Assembly (NCBI GenBank): GCA_963819815.1
Contig: CAWFXL010000001.1
Coordinates: forward strand, 1,472,001 to 1,536,000
Source of the DNA: an uncultured bacterium
GTDB taxonomy: Bacteria; Babelota; Babeliae; Babelales; Babelaceae
Direction: 5' to 3'
Length of the DNA stretch: 64,000 nucleotides
Every line of letters starts with the position of its first letter. Within the stretch, counting starts at the first letter, position 1. The position numbers were made by a program, and so were the translations under genes. Under the pieces are notes generated by a model, which was given only the letters and a program-made list of their open reading frames with translations, was not told where the DNA came from and made no database searches. Below are positions 39,187 through 48,998 of this stretch, one piece after another.

Positions 39187-39996
39187 CTATTCCATTCTCA
39201 ATAGTCGAAATGCATTAGCTGTTGTTTGCTCTGCAACTTTTTCATAAGGGACTCCTAAAAGCTCAGCAAGGTAGTACGCGACTGTTTGCGTATACCGTGG
39301 ATGGTTCTTTTTTCCTCGTATGATCTGCGGTGGTAAGAAGGGTGCATCAGTTTCTAAGATGATATGCTCAAGTCCCACCGTTTGCGCAACCTCTCTGAGA
39401 ATCTTATTTTTAGGATAGGTCAGAGTTCCTCCAATACCTAGCACACATCCATAGGAGATTGCCTCTTGTGCAAACGCAAGATCTTCAGAGAAGCAATGAA
39501 TGGTGGCTCGAAGGCCCTGTTTTTTATAAGGTTCTAAACAGCGTAGCGTAGCTTCACCGGCATCCCGGGTATGTACAACCAAGGCCAGATCATGCTTAAG
39601 CGCAAGCTCTATATGTTGGGCAAAAGCTTCTTTTTGGCGTGGTAGGTTATAATCTGGGTAATGCATATCAAGCCCTGTTTCACCGATAGCAAGAATTTTG
39701 AGTTCTTCTTTTTGTTCAAGAAGCTTTGCTAGTGTAGCAAGATCATCTTTCCAAGTATCGGTGAGATCATTTGGATGAATGCCGATACTTGCATATACCT
39801 GTGGGTAATTCTTTGCGAGTTCGATACTATTGAGACTTTCAATAAGACTTGTTCCCACATTGAGTATGTGTGTAACATCATAGTGTGCTGCTTCTTCGAT
39901 GAATGCACGAGCATTGGCTATATCAGTGGGTGATAGAGGAACGTCAAATGAATATTCGACAAGGAGATTAAGGTGACAATGGGTATCAACTAGCAT
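39187..39996 (-). CDS. tatD: TatD-family deoxyribonuclease
   Basis: 'VDTHCHL', 'GIHP', 'IGETGLD', 'VHTRDA', 'HCFS', 'LETDAPFL'. Confidence 0.93.
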   Translation of the reverse strand: MLVDTHCHLNLLVEYSFDVPLSPTDIANARAFIEEAAHYDVTHILNVGTSLIESLNSIELAKNYPQVYASIGIHPNDLTDTWKDDLATLAKLLEQKEELKILAIGETGLDMHYPDYNLPRQKEAFAQHIELALKHDLALVVHTRDAGEATLRCLEPYKKQGLRATIHCFSEDLAFAQEAISYGCVLGIGGTLTYPKNKILREVAQTVGLEHIILETDAPFLPPQIIRGKKNHPRYTQTVAYYLAELLGVPYEKVAEQTTANAFRLLRME

Positions 39997-40357
39997 GGCT
40001 TCTCTCTGCGGTTTTTTTAAAGTATATCAAAGATGGTGAGAATCGATACTTCTCTTTGCCAAGGTACCAGGGATGTTGCAAAGCAACAAGCAGTTTTGCA
40101 AGACCTGCTTTTTTTGTTGCAGCATAGCATAGATACGTTGTAAGGATATTCCTTAAGAATCAAAGTTTCTAGGCATAAGTGCTCCCATCTGCATCGTAAT
40201 ACGAACGCTCTGAGCGCTTGTGGAGGCCTTAAAGCTTATCTAGGAGGAAACTTTGGAGATTCATATTGACAAAGCACAAAATCCCAGTAACCTTTACCAT
40301 CAGTGGCTACAAGCAGTCCTCATTATTATATAATAACTAACTACAGAAGGGGTTCTC

Positions 40358-40648
40358 ATGAATAAGACTGAGCTTATTAATTCATTAAGCGAAGAGACAA
40401 CATTTAGTAAGAAGGATGTTGCTCGCTTTCTTGATACGTTGACACGTATTTTTGAGCGTACACTTGTGCGCGGTGATAAAGTTCAGTGGGCCGGATTTGG
40501 TACATTCTCAGTTACACGACGCCAAGCTCGGATTGGTATTAACCCATCGACTAAAGAGCGTATTAACTTACCAGCCACTGTTGTTGCTAAATTTAAACCA
40601 GCTAAAAACTTAAAGGACGTTGTCCGAGGTGCAGGCAAAAGTGCCTGA
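40358..40648 (+). CDS. hup: HU-family DNA-binding protein
   Basis: 'MNKTELI', 'GFGTF', 'RQARIGINPST.E.I..PA...KFKPAK.LK'. Confidence 0.95.
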   Translation: MNKTELINSLSEETTFSKKDVARFLDTLTRIFERTLVRGDKVQWAGFGTFSVTRRQARIGINPSTKERINLPATVVAKFKPAKNLKDVVRGAGKSA

Positions 40649-40664
40649 TGCATGGTTATTAGTG

Positions 40665-40688
40665 AGGGCCGCACAAGCGGCCCTTTTT
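40665..40688 (+). terminator. Intrinsic terminator after HU
   Basis: AGGGCCGC-ACAA-GCGGCCCT followed by TTTT. Confidence 0.85.
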
Positions 40689-40890
40689 AATGCTCATTGA
40701 TATGCTCGCAGTCTGTTTTGCAGCTATTTCTCTCACATTCATAACCCTTTTGAAATTCGTCTGTACTGAGCTAAGTTCTTGCCACGTAACTAAGAGTGTG
40801 AGAATGCTCTTAATTCCTATTCAAATGATCTATTTTTTTGTATCTTATACTGAGACAATTCTTTCTTAGACTCTTTTGTGGAGTGTATAC

Positions 40891-42126
40891 ATGATAGACC
40901 TTCATAGATTGCGTACTGAACCTGACAAGGTACTTGCCTTATTAAAGAAAAAGGACCCCTCTTTTGATGGTAAGAAGCTTCTAGAACTTGATAAGCAGAC
41001 TCGAGATCTTAAACAGATAGTTGATGAGCTTCGATGTGAGAAAAATGATCTTGCTAAGAAGGGCCAAGCTGGCGTATCTGCTGAGTTGCGTGAGCGCTCA
41101 AAAATTCTCACGACTGAACTTAAGGAAAAAGAGGCTGAGCTGTTCGAAAAAAATGAGGCATTCAGGGCTCTGTATCTACGGTGCCCTAATCTTCTTATGG
41201 AAAGCATTCAAGAGGGGGGCAAAGAGCAGAATCTCGTAGTCAAAGTGTTCGGTGAAAAACCCTCATTTCGCTTTACACCGCGAAATCATGTTGAACTGGG
41301 CCACATGAATGGTTGGTTTGATTTTGAGGCAGCCGCACGCATGGCGGGAAGTAACTTTGCTTTGTATAAGGGCGATGGTGCTCTGGTTGTCTATAAGCTT
41401 ATGCTTATGATGCTTACCCATAATGTTCGGCGGGGATTTCTTCCCCTAGTACCTCCCTTCTTAGTCAATGAAAAGGCCTTGGAAGGAGCCGGTAACTGGC
41501 CTCGTTTTAAGGAGGAAGTTTATCGTATCGAGGGCGAAGATCTGTTTCTTACTCCAACCTCAGAGGTGAATCTTACCAGTATGTATCGTGATCAGATTAT
41601 CCCAATCCAAGAATTGCCGATTCGCATGACCGCATGGACAAGCTGTTTCCGTCGAGAAGCTGGTGGTTATGGTGCAACAGAACGCGGCCTTATTCGAATT
41701 CATCAATTTGATAAAACTGAAATTTACTCATTGTGTGAACCTGAAAGGGCAGAGCTTGAGCAGGACTATATGCTAGCTACTGCAGAAGGTATTTTACAGG
41801 CACTGGGGTTACATTACCGAGTCTCTTTATTAGCTGCCCAAGATTGTTCTTTTTCTTCAGCAAAAACCTATGATATTGAAGTGTGGATGCCTGGCCAAAA
41901 TGACTATAAGGAAGTCTCATCAGTAAGTAACTGTACTGATTTTCAGGCTCGTCGTAGTGAGATACGCTATAGAGAGGAGCCGGGTGCAAAGCCGAAACTT
42001 ATCAATACGCTTAATGGCTCATCTCTTGCTTTGCCACGACTGCTAGTTGCTCTCATGGAAACGTATCAGCAAGCTGATGGATCAATACAACTTCCTACCG
42101 TACTAGATACGGTGACACTCACCTAG
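40891..42126 (+). CDS. serS: Serine--tRNA ligase
   Basis: 'LTPTSEV', 'FRREAG', 'GLIRIHQFDK', 'TYDIEVWMP', 'EVSSVSNCTDFQARR', 'NTLNGSSLA'. Confidence 0.97.
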   Translation: MIDLHRLRTEPDKVLALLKKKDPSFDGKKLLELDKQTRDLKQIVDELRCEKNDLAKKGQAGVSAELRERSKILTTELKEKEAELFEKNEAFRALYLRCPNLLMESIQEGGKEQNLVVKVFGEKPSFRFTPRNHVELGHMNGWFDFEAAARMAGSNFALYKGDGALVVYKLMLMMLTHNVRRGFLPLVPPFLVNEKALEGAGNWPRFKEEVYRIEGEDLFLTPTSEVNLTSMYRDQIIPIQELPIRMTAWTSCFRREAGGYGATERGLIRIHQFDKTEIYSLCEPERAELEQDYMLATAEGILQALGLHYRVSLLAAQDCSFSSAKTYDIEVWMPGQNDYKEVSSVSNCTDFQARRSEIRYREEPGAKPKLINTLNGSSLALPRLLVALMETYQQADGSIQLPTVLDTVTLT

Positions 42127-42133
42127 GGATACT

Positions 42134-43021
42134 ATGATTTCACAAGAGCTCTATGCGCTTATTTCTCGCCTTGAGATAACTGCTAAAAAGCAGGTATCAG
42201 GTCCTTTACTTGGCGAATCTCGCAGTGCTCGTATAGGATCAGGTTTTGAATTTAATCAGTTGCGTGACTATATACCGGGTGACGATATCCGCTTTATTGA
42301 TTGGAAAGCTTCGGCTCGGTCAAGTAAGATGCTTGTAAGGCAGTACCTTGAAGATCGCAACAGGACGCTCTATCTTGTTGTGGATCTTTCAGAGTCAACC
42401 TCCTTTGGTACAACAAGTCAAGATGCTCATCTGGTAACCAAGAGTGATCTGATGAAGCAACTGGCAGGGGTTCTTGCCTTTGTATCCTTGCACTGTAAAG
42501 ATTCGGTAGGGCTCGTCATCTTTACTGATACCGTTGAGAAAATTATTCCCCCTCGCCAGTCGAGAAATCATACGATCTCTTTACTTAATACACTCTTTAC
42601 TTATGAACCAAAAAGTAAGCGGACAAATTTTGAAGCGCCTGTAGAGTACCTTTCTCGCCTGAAAGGTCAGAAAGCGCTAGTCTGTTTTCTCTCAGATTTT
42701 ATCGCTCCCTTGGAGCATTACGAGCGAAGGTTAGCAAGCCTTGCGCGACGTCATGATATTATGGCATTTCGGTGCTTAGATCCAAAAGAACGTCACTTTC
42801 CCCAAGTTGGGACCCTTATTTTTGAAGATGCAGAGCTTGATGTGCAGACGACGATAGCAGGTCAAAAAGAACGAGTATTTAACCAATCGCTTACTGAGTG
42901 GCATACTGCACAGAGAGATCGTTTGAATGCTGCACGAATCGACTGCCTTGATATTGAGGTGGGCACACCTTTTACAGGACCTTTGGTATCATTTTTGCGG
43001 TACCGTGCTTTTAGAGACTAA
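42134..43021 (+). CDS. DUF58 domain protein (MoxR/Bat-associated VWA-like)
   Basis: 'GSGFEFNQLRDY.PGDDIRFIDWKASAR', 'VVDLS.S..FG', 'FLSDF'. Confidence 0.9.
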   Translation: MISQELYALISRLEITAKKQVSGPLLGESRSARIGSGFEFNQLRDYIPGDDIRFIDWKASARSSKMLVRQYLEDRNRTLYLVVDLSESTSFGTTSQDAHLVTKSDLMKQLAGVLAFVSLHCKDSVGLVIFTDTVEKIIPPRQSRNHTISLLNTLFTYEPKSKRTNFEAPVEYLSRLKGQKALVCFLSDFIAPLEHYERRLASLARRHDIMAFRCLDPKERHFPQVGTLIFEDAELDVQTTIAGQKERVFNQSLTEWHTAQRDRLNAARIDCLDIEVGTPFTGPLVSFLRYRAFRD

Positions 43022-43030
43022 GGAGATAGT

Positions 43031-43522
43031 ATGGAAGAAATCACTTTGAATGAAGTTTATGGAATTTGGCATACTTCTTTTTGGCAAACCTTGCCCGGTT
43101 ATGCTATACTTAGTACACTTGCCCTCATTGTTTTTTGTCTCGGTTATCTGATAGTGCGTTCAGTACTGAGATACCGGCGGGGAACCACGAAAGATGAAGC
43201 CTTACGAAACTTACGAGTTCTTGCAGGTCAGGTATCAAAAGGGCAAGTAGAGCTACGAAAGGTGTACCAGGAGTTGACCGACATTGTAAAAAGTTATGCT
43301 CAATGGCGTTATGCAATGCCTCAAGGGATGACCGATTATGAGTTGATTATCTGGTTGAAAGAAGTTGGCTGTGAAGATATGTTGCGTAAGAGTATTGAAC
43401 ATATTATTGCTGATGCTCAAGCAGTCAAGTTTGGACGATTCGATGCGCCTAAAGAGCAGGTTCTCAAAGATATAGCTCAAACAACTTCGTTTATTGAAGT
43501 TGCGGGTGAGCCGACTAAGTAA
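43031..43522 (+). CDS. Membrane-anchored hypothetical protein (DUF4381/Bat-operon-like)
   Basis: Single TM, 'ALRNL', 'MTDYEL', 'AQAVKF'; follows the DUF58 gene. Confidence 0.7.
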   Translation: MEEITLNEVYGIWHTSFWQTLPGYAILSTLALIVFCLGYLIVRSVLRYRRGTTKDEALRNLRVLAGQVSKGQVELRKVYQELTDIVKSYAQWRYAMPQGMTDYELIIWLKEVGCEDMLRKSIEHIIADAQAVKFGRFDAPKEQVLKDIAQTTSFIEVAGEPTK

Positions 43523-43533
43523 CTGAGGCGAAT

Positions 43534-44718
43534 GTGCACCACTCAAATGACCATACCTTGAGGCCTGTATCAAAGGACACTGGTCCGGTCTCTTCCTTTT
43601 ATATTCATTGGCCATTTTGTCCCTATCGGTGTCATTTCTGTCCGTTTGTTGCTCTTGCTGGTCAAGATGAACATATGCCTGAATATCATAAAATTCTTAT
43701 ACAAGAGATAGAGACCTATCTTAAGACTCATCCTACAGGACCTCTCAAAACAATATTCTTTGGTGGGGGAACGCCAAGTACGTATCCTCCAGAGCTCTTA
43801 ACTCAAACACTGGAGGTTTTGGCGGACCGCTGCGGCTTTGAACAGGACCATGAAATAACCCTTGAGGTAAATCCAGGAACAGTAAGTCCAACTAAGTTAG
43901 CTGCTTGGAAGAATGCGGGTATTAATAGACTCTCCATAGGGGTTCAAAGTCTGAAAGATGACGTGCTGAGAAAACTTAATAGACACCAAAAAGCTGAAGA
44001 GGTTCGTTGGCTTATTACCCATGCGGCACCACTTTTTGATAATGTATCTGTCGATCTTATCGTGGGGCTTCCTGGAGTTTCTCCAACTGAGTGGAGGGAG
44101 ATGATAGCATCTGTTGTAACTTGGCCAATTCAGCATGTATCGATGTATTTTCTGACGGTTCATGAAGATACGCAGCTCTATTACGGAGTTACCTCGAAGA
44201 CGGTAACCTTACCCTGTGATGATGAGGTTGTGGATCTCTATCACGAGACGATTGAAACTTTTGCCAAAGCAGGCTTTGATCAGTATGAAATCTCTAATTT
44301 TAGTCGGGCTGGTTGGCATTCAAAACATAATTCAGTGTATTGGCAAAGAAAACCCTATAAGGGCTTTGGGTTGGGTGCTTGCTCATTTGATGGTAAGCAA
44401 CGTACACAAAATACTAAGAATCTCTTGAAATATTTTGAGGAAATACGTAATACTGGTATAAGTGTCCTGTTTTCTGAAGATTTATCGGATAAACAGGTGT
44501 GGCTCGAGCAGCTTATGCTCGGTCTACGGCAACGAAGAGGCATCGTTGTCGCTGATATTCTAGAGCCACTTACTGAAAAAGAAAAAAAGGAGTTTAGTAA
44601 GAAGTCCCAGGAGCTTCTGAATGCACGCTTGGTGTCTGCATCTGAGGGAAAGATGATGCTTACGCCTGCAGGGCTTTCAGTGGCTAACGAAGTAATTGTG
44701 AAACTTTCGTGCATATGA
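43534..44718 (+). CDS. hemW: Radical SAM heme chaperone HemW (HemN-like)
   Basis: 'YIHWPFCPYRCHFCPF', 'FFGGGTPS', 'EITLEVNP', 'YEISNFS', 'HNSVYW'. Confidence 0.88.
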   Translation: MHHSNDHTLRPVSKDTGPVSSFYIHWPFCPYRCHFCPFVALAGQDEHMPEYHKILIQEIETYLKTHPTGPLKTIFFGGGTPSTYPPELLTQTLEVLADRCGFEQDHEITLEVNPGTVSPTKLAAWKNAGINRLSIGVQSLKDDVLRKLNRHQKAEEVRWLITHAAPLFDNVSVDLIVGLPGVSPTEWREMIASVVTWPIQHVSMYFLTVHEDTQLYYGVTSKTVTLPCDDEVVDLYHETIETFAKAGFDQYEISNFSRAGWHSKHNSVYWQRKPYKGFGLGACSFDGKQRTQNTKNLLKYFEEIRNTGISVLFSEDLSDKQVWLEQLMLGLRQRRGIVVADILEPLTEKEKKEFSKKSQELLNARLVSASEGKMMLTPAGLSVANEVIVKLSCI

Positions 44719-44740
44719 CCATATCAACCGAGGGAACAAT

Positions 44741-45202
44741 ATGGCTAAACATGTCGGCGTAAAATTACCTGAGGATTTAAAGGCTCTGCTGCTCACAGAA
44801 AATGTGATCTGTGTGTTAGCGACCTTTTCTGAGAAAGGGTTGCCCAATACTACTCCTATACAGTGCGTCTATCCAAAGGGTGCTGAAAGCATCCTGATGA
44901 CCATTCATAAGGATCATACTGGCTACCATAATATGGTATGGCAGAAAAAAGTGATGCTATGCTTCTTAGATAAGGGCAACATTGCCTATAGTATCTTGGG
45001 GCGCGCTGGTGTCGTGCGAGCACCTTCGTTAATTCATCCTTTGATGAACGTAGTACGTATTGATATTATCGATATCAAAAGTGACCGCTCAGTGCTTTCA
45101 CGCGTAGAGTCGGGGGTAACCTGGAGTTATACCTCTGCTGAAGCTGAAGAGCTGAGTCAGGCCCTCATGAATGAGCTTAAGGAGTTATCACGCACTTTGT
45201 AA
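44741..45202 (+). CDS. Pyridoxamine 5'-phosphate oxidase-like FMN-binding split-barrel protein
   Basis: 'VLATFSEKGLPNTTPI', 'SILGRA', 'IIDIKSD' pattern. Confidence 0.7.
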   Translation: MAKHVGVKLPEDLKALLLTENVICVLATFSEKGLPNTTPIQCVYPKGAESILMTIHKDHTGYHNMVWQKKVMLCFLDKGNIAYSILGRAGVVRAPSLIHPLMNVVRIDIIDIKSDRSVLSRVESGVTWSYTSAEAEELSQALMNELKELSRTL

Positions 45203-45273
45203 GGGTAATACTTGCAATTATCAGAACGAGCGTTCATACTAGCAGGTGAACTTACAGGGTCATCGGGTGTATT

Positions 45274-46797
45274 ATGTGCAGATATCTCTTTACCATCTTA
45301 GCAATAGCATGTTTCCTACAGGGGAACACCTATGGGCAGCATCTTGATAGCTTATCGGATGATGAGACGTCATTAGAAGGCTCGCATGCTTTTACCGGTA
45401 TACCATCGGTAGCTCTTGCGGATGATTCTGAAGATCCTGATTCAGGTAACTGGTATGAAAAGCTTCGCTGGTGGAAAGAAGCCAAAGCACTCTATACCGT
45501 CGACATTCGCTCAGCGATGGATGAACTTGAGGTTATCTATGAGGAGCTTGAAAGCAAGAAGAATGATATTCTCTCAGCTCTTGATAGCTATTCAGCTTCG
45601 CTGCCTTTAAAAAGACAAGCTGCTATACATGTTATTGACGATCTTCTGAATGACCTAACTAAACGACAAGAAGCCTTAGCTCAAGAGCGCACACGCACCC
45701 AAACGCGAAAGAATCCTGAAGAAACGACCGAGCTTGAAGATCATCAGAAGATGCTCAATGAGCTCAAGAAGGAATTTGAGGATTTTAATACGCTCTATCA
45801 GCGGTTAAAGCAAGTATTTGAAGTGGTTATTCCTGCACAGATGCAAACTGCTCATAACTACAGTGAGGAAGCGCTTGCAGCTTATGAAGGAATCGAAGAA
45901 ACACTTGACGATAAGAAGGCTCATGGATTATTTAATCAGGTTCAAAATGGTCTTGAAAATATCCAAGCTATAAGTATGTACCTCAGAGAATCATTATGGA
46001 ACTTTATCGATAAAGCCTGGAATAGCTCTGAGCAGCTGATGCCCAAAATTACCAAAAGTATTACCGACCTTGAAGAAAAAGGTGTGGTGGTGCGTCCTTT
46101 GTCTGCCCAAGAAAAGGCGCAGATGGCCAAACTAGAAGAGGAACGTAAGGCAAAACGGGCTCAAAAAGAGGCTGAACTTAAGGCGCAGAAAGAATGGGAA
46201 GCTCTCCCTTGGTGGCAGAAAGCCTATATGTCAGTTGGGTACTTCTTTTCAAAGATAGGATCAGTTCTCTGGCAGGGAATATCGAAACCATTTACTTGGT
46301 TGGCCGGATTATTTACCGCGCAAGAGGCTGAGAAACCTGAGACGGGCAAGGCTGCAAAAACAAAAAATGGCGTGGCGACTGCTGAAACTGCAGTACCCCA
46401 ACCTCCTCTTCCCACCAAATTACCCGTTGTGGTATCGGGAGCATTAGCACCGCAGAATGGCGCTCAAAAGAATGCGGGTACTGAAAAGGTACAATTCCCT
46501 GAATCAAAAGCACCGATTCAGCCGGTGGGGCGTTCGATATCTCGCAATGAACAACGGCTAGAAAAGCCGGCAAATTCCTCAGAATCGCACAAATCCCGCG
46601 ATGCTGAAGAGCTTGAAGGTGAGGAGCCGACTATCGAGGATGAAGATATTGAAGGTGAAGAATCTGATGATGAGAGTGAGGAAGCTGATGAAGAAGAGGG
46701 TTCTGAGCTTGAATCTGAAGAGGAAGAGTCTCCTGAAGCTGAGCCTGAGAATGCAAAGCCAGACCAAAAAAATCAAAACAATAACTCCAAAGGTTAA
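45274..46797 (+). CDS. Hypothetical exported coiled-coil protein with acidic disordered tail
   Basis: Signal peptide; 'GNWYEKLRWWKEAK'; long helical region; amphipathic W-rich segment; E/D-rich C-terminus. Confidence 0.75.
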   Translation: MCRYLFTILAIACFLQGNTYGQHLDSLSDDETSLEGSHAFTGIPSVALADDSEDPDSGNWYEKLRWWKEAKALYTVDIRSAMDELEVIYEELESKKNDILSALDSYSASLPLKRQAAIHVIDDLLNDLTKRQEALAQERTRTQTRKNPEETTELEDHQKMLNELKKEFEDFNTLYQRLKQVFEVVIPAQMQTAHNYSEEALAAYEGIEETLDDKKAHGLFNQVQNGLENIQAISMYLRESLWNFIDKAWNSSEQLMPKITKSITDLEEKGVVVRPLSAQEKAQMAKLEEERKAKRAQKEAELKAQKEWEALPWWQKAYMSVGYFFSKIGSVLWQGISKPFTWLAGLFTAQEAEKPETGKAAKTKNGVATAETAVPQPPLPTKLPVVVSGALAPQNGAQKNAGTEKVQFPESKAPIQPVGRSISRNEQRLEKPANSSESHKSRDAEELEGEEPTIEDEDIEGEESDDESEEADEEEGSELESEEEESPEAEPENAKPDQKNQNNNSKG

Positions 46798-47094
46798 GTA
46801 GAAACACACTACGAGCCTTGTCTGGTAACGAGAAAGCTTTCTTGCGATCTCTAAAAAAATCCTAGCGTAAAGAGCAAAAGTATCGTCCGAAGCATTCTGT
46901 CGCAGTCGCTCTTGCCCGCATTTGGCAAGTTGATGAGCGCATGGTGCGCCAGTAATTAATAGGTCGCTTTTTCCCCTAGACAGAGTTAATGATCAGCTTC
47001 GGTATGAGACCCGCTCATAGGGCTCTCCAGGGGGTTAACGAGGTAAAGATAAAGTTTGCGAGCTTTTTCTTCTTATGGTACCCTAATTACGAAG

Positions 47095-47181
47095 GCGGAA
47101 GTGGTGAAACTGGTAGACACGCAGCCTTGAGGTGGCTGTGGGAGAAATCCCGTGGGGGTTCAAGTCCTCTCTTCCGCACCA
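47095..47181 (+). tRNA. tRNA-Leu(GAG)
   Basis: GCGGAAG/CTTCCGC acceptor stem, CAGCC-TTGAGGT-GGCTG anticodon arm, long variable arm, ACCA end. Confidence 0.96.
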
Positions 47182-47218
47182 GAAATATCATCCGGAACTT
47201 TTTAAAAAAAGGAATATT

Positions 47219-48807
47219 ATGACACAATCGCGTACTGGGCTTATCGTAAGTTCTCTTCTCTGGCTTGGGGTAACCCTATTTGGGGCCTATTTCTTGAAAC
47301 AGGTGTTACAGCCTCCTAAAAATGAGCGGGGTTATATAAACTTTGGTATCGATCTTGTGGGAGGTACCTATTTAACGCTTGACGTAAAGGTCAATGATGC
47401 CGTTAAGAATGACCTCATGGAAGTAATGCACTCATTTGTTGACGTTCTTAAAAAAGAGAACAAACCGGTTCCGAGTGTTCCTACGGTCGATGAAAATAGC
47501 CTTCATGGGCTTCTGAGCTTTGAAAGTGCTGCTGATGCATCATCTGTCTTAAGCTTATATCGCCATGATGTTGCTTTTCCCAAAGTAACTCAAGAGGGGA
47601 AAAATCTCATTTTTGCCTATAGTTCAACCCAGCTTGGTGATATTCAGAAAGAAGCAATTGAAAGTAACATAGCTATCTTGCGTACTCGCTTGGATGCCTT
47701 TGGTGCAGGTGAAGTAGGTATTGTTCCTCAAGGTGAGCGTCGCATTGGGATCGAGTTGCCTAACGTAAGTGACCCTGAAAAAGCAAAAGCGCGTGTAGGT
47801 AAGGCTGCTATTTTGGAGTTAAAACCGGTATTTGATACGGCACGAACCGAAGAAGAGCTTATTAATCGTTCAGGGGGAAACGTGCCTGAAGGAACGATGA
47901 TTGTACCAGGCAGACAAGTTTCAGATGGGTTCTACCTCGTTCCAAACTATGCAAAAATTACCGGTAAACAACTTAAATCTGCAAGCTATCAATTTATACA
48001 GGAAGGGATGAGTAGTAAAAGTCCCCATGCTGTAGGCATTGAATTTAAGGGTGAGGGGATTCCTCGCTTTGCTGATATGACAGCTGATAGTGTGGGTAAA
48101 CAGATCGCAATCATTCTTGATAATATTGTCGTATCTGCTCCAGTTGTGCATGTTCCGATTGAAGACGGAAGTGGGAATATTACTGGAAGTTTTTCTCGTG
48201 AAGAGGCTGACGAAGAGCTTGTTTCATTCCTCAAATCTGGTGCTTTCTCGGCTCCTGTGGAAGTTATTGAAGAACGTCATATCGGGCCTATCGTTCGGGG
48301 CATGAATCGATTCATAAAGGACTCGCTCTCGTGTGGAATTGCTCTGACACTTCTGTTTTTTTTAGTGCTCTTTGTGTACAAAGTAGCTGGTTTATTTGCC
48401 TTTATCGTATTACTCTATAACTTGCTCTTGATCCTCATTGGCCTTGCAATGGTACCTGAAGCGACGTTAACGCTTACCTGGTATTGCGGGTATGATCTTA
48501 CCATCGGAATGGCGATCGACTCATCCATTTTGATTTATGAACGTATTCGAGAGGAGATCTATGAAGGATCCTCATTACGCAAAGCGGTAGATTCTGGCTT
48601 TGGAGGAGCATTGACCGTTATTTTAGATGCGAATATAACCACCTTTATTGTTGGCGCAGTGCTCTATTATCTAGGTTCGCATCGATACAAGGTTTTGCAT
48701 TGACGATGATGATCGGTATCGTGGCAACCTTAATTACCGGTCTTGTGCTCTTGAAGACGATATTCAATCTCTATATTGCTTCTGGAGCAACTTCGATCAA
48801 GATCTAA
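47219..48807 (+). CDS. secD: Protein translocase subunit SecD; 3' part carries several indels (probable sequence errors)
   Basis: 'FGIDLVGG', 'IGIELP', 'IAIILD..VVSAP', 'GMAIDSSILIYERIREE', 'ILDANITT'; conserved 'PSLGHESI', 'LPGIAGMIL' and 'IQGFALTMMIGI' are present only in shifted frames; stop at 48805-48807. Confidence 0.88.
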
Positions 48808-48857
48808 GAGGTCGCGATCTCACCGATCAAAGATCTCACAGATCGCGATCTAATACT

Positions 48858-48934
48858 GGCGACGTAGCTCAGCTGGTTAGAGCGGCGGAATCATAATCCG
48901 TAGGTCCGGGGTTCGAGTCCCTGCGTCGCCACCA
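48858..48934 (+). tRNA. tRNA-Met(CAT), elongator type
   Basis: GGCGACG/CGTCGCC acceptor stem, GCGGA-ATCATAA-TCCGT anticodon arm, ACCA end. Confidence 0.93.
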
Positions 48935-48998
48935 TAGATAAGAAAAGTAAAGGTGCTGGGATAACAACTGGCACTTTTGCATGAGATAAAGGATCACC

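Noticed and set aside
46970..47035. TPP or glycine riboswitch on the minus strand
   Set aside because: Only fragments match (GGAGAG, CCGAAG, CTGATC). The TPP UGAGA junction and the glycine CUCUCAGG are missing, and no downstream gene lies on that strand.
47132..47218. ORF-track starts of secD (47132) and the zinc-ribbon gene (35460) inside tRNA genes
   Set aside because: They overlap clear tRNAs; downstream ATGs at 47219 and 35493 are more plausible.
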